DNA of 64,000 bases from an uncultured delta proteobacterium. Lineage in GTDB: Bacteria; Desulfobacterota; RBG-13-43-22. The notes under the pieces are model-generated. The model saw only the letters and a list, made by a program, of their open reading frames with translations, was not told where the DNA came from and did not search any database. Shown piece after piece: positions 59,368 through 64,000 of the stretch. Location: assembly GCA_963802945.1 (NCBI GenBank), contig CAWDKY010000025.1:64001-128000 (forward strand). Direction: 5' to 3'. Position 1 is the stretch's first letter; each line of letters starts with the position of its first letter. Made by a program: the position numbers and the translations under genes.

Positions 59368-60687
59368 TTGACCAAGGAAAAGGAATCGTCAGGAATGTTC
59401 TTCGGCTGGTGGACGGTTTTAGCCAGTGGATTTTTGTGTCTCTGGGGTTTCGGATATAACGCTTACGGAATTTCCGCCTTATTCAAACCCATAGCTTCGG
59501 AATTAGGCTTCAACAGGGCTAATACCTCGATTGCCGCCGGTATCGGAAGATTTCAGGGGGGATTTGAGGCCCCTATCGCCGGCTGGATCACGGACCGGTT
59601 CGGTCCCAAGTGGATTGTCTTTATCGGAATACTTATAGCCGCTATCAGTCTGCTGTTGATGGCTTTTATCCATTCCCTTTGGTCCTTTCTTCTGGTCTGG
59701 GGCCTGTTGTTTGGTACAGGCATCAACACCGCCTTGGCCATTCCACTCGATACGGCCATCACTAACTGGTTTGTTAAAAAAAGGGGTGTGGCCCTCAGTA
59801 TCAAGTGGGTGTTTTCCGGAATCTCCGGAGCAATCATTCTGCCTATGATCGCCTGGCTCATCCCCCTTGTAGGATGGCGGACTACCTGCGTCATAGGCGG
59901 GGTGGTGATGTGCGTAGTCGGTTTGCCCCTGGTTTTGTTTTTCTTGAAGTCCAACCGTCCCGAATACTATGGACTCCTCCCCGATGGCGCCAAGATCAGA
60001 GAAGAAATTAAAGATCAGAACTTCATGATCAATAAGGGAATAGAATATGCCGCTGAGGTCCAGGAAGTGGAGTTTACCCTAAGGCAGGCCATGAAAACAC
60101 CCGCCTTCTGGTGGTTAATAGTCGTTCAAGCCATCTATGGTTTGGTGGCGCCGGCCATTAACATTCATTGCATCCCTTTTTTAACCGACAGGGGCATCAG
60201 TCCGTTTACAGCGGCGATCTTGATGGCCCTGATGATCGCTGTCAGCATTCCAGCCAGATATGTTGGAGGATTATTATCCGATCGTGTACAAATAGGACAA
60301 ATGCGACATGTTATTGCCGGGTCCTATGTCATGCAGGCGGTGGGTATGGGCGTTTATATGCTGCATCAAACAGAAGCCATGATTTATGTCTGGTTTATTC
60401 TTTACGGATTCGGCATGGGTGCAGCCCTAACCCTTAATACCTCCATCAGGGCACGTTACTACGGGCGTAAGGCCTTCGGCACCATCCAGGGAATTTCCTC
60501 GCTGTTCCTGACACCGGTGGGAGTGGCTGCCCCTATTTATGCCGGCTGGGTCTATGACTCCACCGGCGCCTATACCAGCGCTTTTTGGTTATTTACCATA
60601 CTGTTGGTGATTTCATCGGTCATTTTGCCCTTCGTTCGACCTCCGAAGGCGCCTGCTGTCATATCCGATATCCTCTCCATCGCTTGA
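59368..60687 (+). CDS. MFS transporter (monocarboxylate/OFA-like)
   Basis: FFGWW, GWITDRFGPK, NWFVKKRG, YYGRKAFGTIQG, GWVYD..GAY; about 12 TM. Confidence 0.9.
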   Translation: MTKEKESSGMFFGWWTVLASGFLCLWGFGYNAYGISALFKPIASELGFNRANTSIAAGIGRFQGGFEAPIAGWITDRFGPKWIVFIGILIAAISLLLMAFIHSLWSFLLVWGLLFGTGINTALAIPLDTAITNWFVKKRGVALSIKWVFSGISGAIILPMIAWLIPLVGWRTTCVIGGVVMCVVGLPLVLFFLKSNRPEYYGLLPDGAKIREEIKDQNFMINKGIEYAAEVQEVEFTLRQAMKTPAFWWLIVVQAIYGLVAPAINIHCIPFLTDRGISPFTAAILMALMIAVSIPARYVGGLLSDRVQIGQMRHVIAGSYVMQAVGMGVYMLHQTEAMIYVWFILYGFGMGAALTLNTSIRARYYGRKAFGTIQGISSLFLTPVGVAAPIYAGWVYDSTGAYTSAFWLFTILLVISSVILPFVRPPKAPAVISDILSIA

Positions 60688-60842
60688 TTTTAACTGGTTC
60701 TCATCAGAAAAGGATTTCTTTCGGATGAGTGATCTCAGTTGATTGCATTCAACTTAAAGGGGAATCATCTAAAAGACTATGGGTTGACTGATGGATGACG
60801 GCTGTTGGCTTTTTCCGGAAAATTTCGATTTCCAGATGGATA

Positions 60843-62036
60843 CTAAATAATTTTAGATTCCCTCAGTTGTCGGATTTTTTCCTCGCTGAATCCCAGCCGG
60901 GACGAGAGGATATCATCGGTATCAGCTCCCAATTCCGGTGCCCCTTTATCGATTTTGCAGGGTGTCCTGGAAAATTTTATAGGCGTGCCCGCAATCTTGT
61001 GTCTCCCGGCCTGGGGGTGATCCACTTCGACAATCATTTCTCTGAAATTGACCTGAGGATCCTCTACAACCTCTTCTATCGTATTGATCGGGGCATACAT
61101 CACCTCATGGGCTTCAAAAAGATCCACCCATTCCTGATAGGTCCGGGTCCGCATCAACGCTGTCATTTCCGGATTAAATTGCTGGTAGTTTTTAAGACGA
61201 AGGCCTTTTGTCTTATATCGTTCATCGTTAATCCACTCTTTTTTTCCGGCCGCCTGGCAGAAATTCTCCCAGAGTTTTTCAGAATTGGCGACAACAATGA
61301 TCGGTTTATCCAGGGTTTCGTAGGCTTGAAATGGTGTGGATAAGGGATGACGTGATCCCAGAGGTCTTGAAATTTCCCCGGTACCGAGGTATCTGGCAAT
61401 AGCATTTTCACATAGCGCCACCTGGCTGTCCAACATGGACACATCCACCCATTGCCCCTCTCCACTCTTTTCCCGTTCAATCAAGGCCGCCAGGATACCT
61501 GTGGCGGCAAATATGCCTGCCGCCATGTCGCCGATGGAATAGCCCACACGAACATGGGGCGAACCGGGTTTTTCTGGTCCTGTAATACTAACGACACCCC
61601 CCATGCCCTGGGCAATCATATCATAAGCCGGTTTGTGGGAATAAGGTCCTGTTTGGCCGAATCCGGAGATGGAGGCATAGACCAGATTAGGATTTATTTT
61701 TCGAATGGTCTCATAATCCAAACCTAATCGTTTCATAACCCCGGGACGGAAGTTTTCCGTGACCACGTCAACCTGTTTGACCAGATCAAAAACGATCTTT
61801 TTGGCTTTTTCTTTTTTCAGATCCAGGGTGACACTTTTTTTTCCGCGGTTGACGCTTAAAAAATAAGTGCCAATGCCATTGATTTTATGGGAGCTATATC
61901 GGGTTTGGTCTCCCTCGCCAATGCTTTCAATTTTTATGATCTCAGCCCCCATGTCTCCGAGGATCATGGTACAAAAGGGGCCTGATAAAGCCGTGCAAAA
62001 ACTCAATACGTTTATTCCTTCTAAAGGTCCGGCCAT
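60843..62036 (-). CDS. Class III (CaiB/BaiF) CoA-transferase
   Basis: GPLEG, LGDMGAEIIKIE, NRGKKS, ENFRPG, SIGDMAAG, APELGADT. Confidence 0.93.
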   Translation of the reverse strand: MAGPLEGINVLSFCTALSGPFCTMILGDMGAEIIKIESIGEGDQTRYSSHKINGIGTYFLSVNRGKKSVTLDLKKEKAKKIVFDLVKQVDVVTENFRPGVMKRLGLDYETIRKINPNLVYASISGFGQTGPYSHKPAYDMIAQGMGGVVSITGPEKPGSPHVRVGYSIGDMAAGIFAATGILAALIEREKSGEGQWVDVSMLDSQVALCENAIARYLGTGEISRPLGSRHPLSTPFQAYETLDKPIIVVANSEKLWENFCQAAGKKEWINDERYKTKGLRLKNYQQFNPEMTALMRTRTYQEWVDLFEAHEVMYAPINTIEEVVEDPQVNFREMIVEVDHPQAGRHKIAGTPIKFSRTPCKIDKGAPELGADTDDILSSRLGFSEEKIRQLRESKII

Positions 62037-62107
62037 ACTTCGTCTCTCCTTTTCTCTATTCCTGAAAATTTTTCTCTAAGTGTTATCTTCTCGAGGTCAC
62101 CAGCTCA

Positions 62108-62161
62108 TGCTGGGCGATACTAGATGCTTGATATAAATCCAGTATCCAGTATCCAGTATCG
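62108..62161. repeat. 7-mer array (ATCCAGT x3) with upstream inverted-type copies (GATACTA/GATGCTT)
   Basis: Read directly between the crotonase and CoA-transferase genes. Confidence 0.65.
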
Positions 62162-62167
62162 GACTGT

Positions 62168-62962
62168 TCAGGCTCCTTTAAAAACCGGCCTCCTTTTTTC
62201 TGCAAAGGCTCGTTTGGCCTCTTCATGGTCATCGCTGACGGCAGCCTGTATTCTCAGCGAGTGGAAGGTTTCAATATCTCCGGCCGAAGAAACGGGGTTT
62301 TCGGCAAGCCGGCTGAGTATATATTTAGAGCCGCACAGCGAGAGCGGAGCGCATTTGGTTATTTCATCGGCCATTCCATAGGTGTAGGCCTCCAATTGAT
62401 CGTGATCCACCAAATGGTTTACCAGGCCCATAGTCAGACATTCCTGACTATCATAGGTACGGCCGGTTAGAAATATTTCCAGAGCCGTACTGTATCCCAG
62501 CACATTTAAAAAGCGCCTGAATCCCCGGTAGCTTGAAATCAAACCCATTCTAGATGTAGGGATTCCCATTTTAACGTTTTTTGAAGCGATTCGAATATCA
62601 CAAGCCATGGCCAGGACGCATCCTGCTCCCAGCGTGTAGCCATAAAGCATAGCGATAACGGGAAATGGGAACATCTGGATGGCTTCAGAAGCCATTTGGG
62701 AGTCCCCTTGGTCTTTCCTGGCCTCAACCGAATCTCCTCTTCTGGGCATGGCCGTAATATCCGCACCCGCGGAAAAGGCCTCCTCTCCGGTCCCCCGGAG
62801 TATCACCACTCGGATGTTTTTATCCTGAGATAGTTCTTTAAAGGTTTGGGTGATCGTAAAAAGACAGTCGGGGTTGAGGGCATTGTGTTTCTCCGGATTG
62901 TTGATGATCAGGGTACATACGGGTCCCTCTTTGACGACAATTAAATTTTTCTTCTCCTCCAT
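62168..62962 (-). CDS. Enoyl-CoA hydratase/isomerase family protein
   Basis: INNPEKHNAL, FSAGAD, PVIAML, MACDIR, AFAEKRRPVF. Confidence 0.9.
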   Translation of the reverse strand: MEEKKNLIVVKEGPVCTLIINNPEKHNALNPDCLFTITQTFKELSQDKNIRVVILRGTGEEAFSAGADITAMPRRGDSVEARKDQGDSQMASEAIQMFPFPVIAMLYGYTLGAGCVLAMACDIRIASKNVKMGIPTSRMGLISSYRGFRRFLNVLGYSTALEIFLTGRTYDSQECLTMGLVNHLVDHDQLEAYTYGMADEITKCAPLSLCGSKYILSRLAENPVSSAGDIETFHSLRIQAAVSDDHEEAKRAFAEKRRPVFKGA

Positions 62963-63116
62963 GGGCTTTCCTTTTTATGACTTTTTTATAAATTGACTTG
63001 GCGAGAAAAATGATTTCAAATATAAAAAAAGGATAGGTTATATTTAGATTTATATTTTTAAGTCTGATGTGATGTCAAGTAAAAATAAAGTGGATATGAA
63101 GGAGGAAACGGCGGCT

Positions 63117-64000
63117 ATGCAACCTTTGTCGGGAATACGGATTCTGGATTTGTCGCGTATGGTGGCCGGCGCCTATTGTTCCCTGATCCTAGGCGATCTG
63201 GGGGCCGAGGTGATTAAAATCGAACAACCTAAGATAGGAGACGATACCCGCCAATGGGGGCCACCCTACATTAACGGGGAGAGCGCTTATTTTCTTTGCA
63301 TCAACCGGAACAAACAAAGCCTGACTCTTGATTTTCGGAAGGATAAGGCCAAGGAAATTTTTCTCAGTCTCGTCCGGCAATCCGACGTGGTGATCGAGAA
63401 TTTTCGTGCCGGGTTCATGGAGAAATACGGATTAGGTTATCAGGAGCTCAAGAAAATAAAACCGGATCTGATTTACTGTTCGATCACCGGCTACGGAAGA
63501 TCCGGACCCTATAAAGACCGGCCGGCAACCGACACGGCCATCCAGGCCATGGGAGGTCTCTTCGGCCTGGTCGGCGAGGCTAAGGGGAAACCCTATCGGG
63601 TCCCATTACCCATGATAGATATGGCCTCAGGCCTCTATGCCCACGGGGCTATTTTAGCTTGCCTGATCAGGCGTGGTCAAGACAAGCAGTCCCATTTCAT
63701 CGAGGTCTCTCTGATGGACAATATGCTTTCCCTTCTGCTGAACTTTGGGAGCAACTACCTCTTGACCGGTCAGGTTGAAGAGCGCCAAGGCAATGCCAGT
63801 CCCAGCATCGTTCCCTCAAACGTATTTGAGACCAAAGATCGCCATGTGTTTTTAACTGCCAGCAACGACACCCGATTTAGAAAACTCTGCCAAACCATCG
63901 GTCTGGGGCATTTGGCTGACGATTCGCGATTCACTACAACAGGAGCCCGAATGGAAAACCGTCTGGAATTAGAGAAACTGATCCAGGAAAGGCTGAAAGA
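63117..64000 (+). CDS. Class III (CaiB/BaiF) CoA-transferase (3' end runs off window)
   Basis: Not in ORF track; MQPLSGIRILDLSR...LGDLGAEVIKIE...GDDTRQWGPP...NRNKQS...MIDMASG; RBS AGGAGG. Confidence 0.92.
   Translation, partial: MQPLSGIRILDLSRMVAGAYCSLILGDLGAEVIKIEQPKIGDDTRQWGPPYINGESAYFLCINRNKQSLTLDFRKDKAKEIFLSLVRQSDVVIENFRAGFMEKYGLGYQELKKIKPDLIYCSITGYGRSGPYKDRPATDTAIQAMGGLFGLVGEAKGKPYRVPLPMIDMASGLYAHGAILACLIRRGQDKQSHFIEVSLMDNMLSLLLNFGSNYLLTGQVEERQGNASPSIVPSNVFETKDRHVFLTASNDTRFRKLCQTIGLGHLADDSRFTTTGARMENRLELEKLIQERLK

Overview
A mostly housekeeping and catabolic 64 kb segment from an anaerobic bacterium; gene content suggests Deltaproteobacteria/Desulfobacterota (inference). The left part carries a partial zinc-ribbon/Ser-Thr kinase/STAND-ATPase gene, a class A acid phosphatase, a tungsten AOR-family oxidoreductase, a Zn/Mn ABC transporter, tRNA-Gly and tRNA-Cys, coaBC, a family 4 UDG, nfeD-slipin, larA and an EmrAB-type pump. 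The middle and right are dominated by a large CoA-dependent beta-oxidation region: three acyl-CoA ligases, four acyl-CoA dehydrogenases, three crotonases, two thiolases, three class III CoA-transferase genes (one a tandem fusion), an SDR and hbd. gatCA and an HDAC-family deacetylase lie within it. An AT-rich accessory patch (~54.1-58.8 kb) holds TA genes, IS remnants and unknown lipoprotein, membrane and micro-proteins. The most unusual signals are: (i) about 11 intergenic arrays of degenerate 7- or 8-mer tandem repeats, mostly followed by their own inverted copy, with several unrelated units; (ii) a ~305 bp MITE-like element with nested inverted repeats and a candidate TAGG duplication; (iii) a Russian-doll nest of three repeat types at 46.2-46.5 kb; and (iv) catabolic enzymes with non-canonical catalytic residues plus an orphan binding protein with a ~70-aa helical insert. 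Four +1 frameshifts look like sequencing errors. All calls are by eye; no database searches were run.
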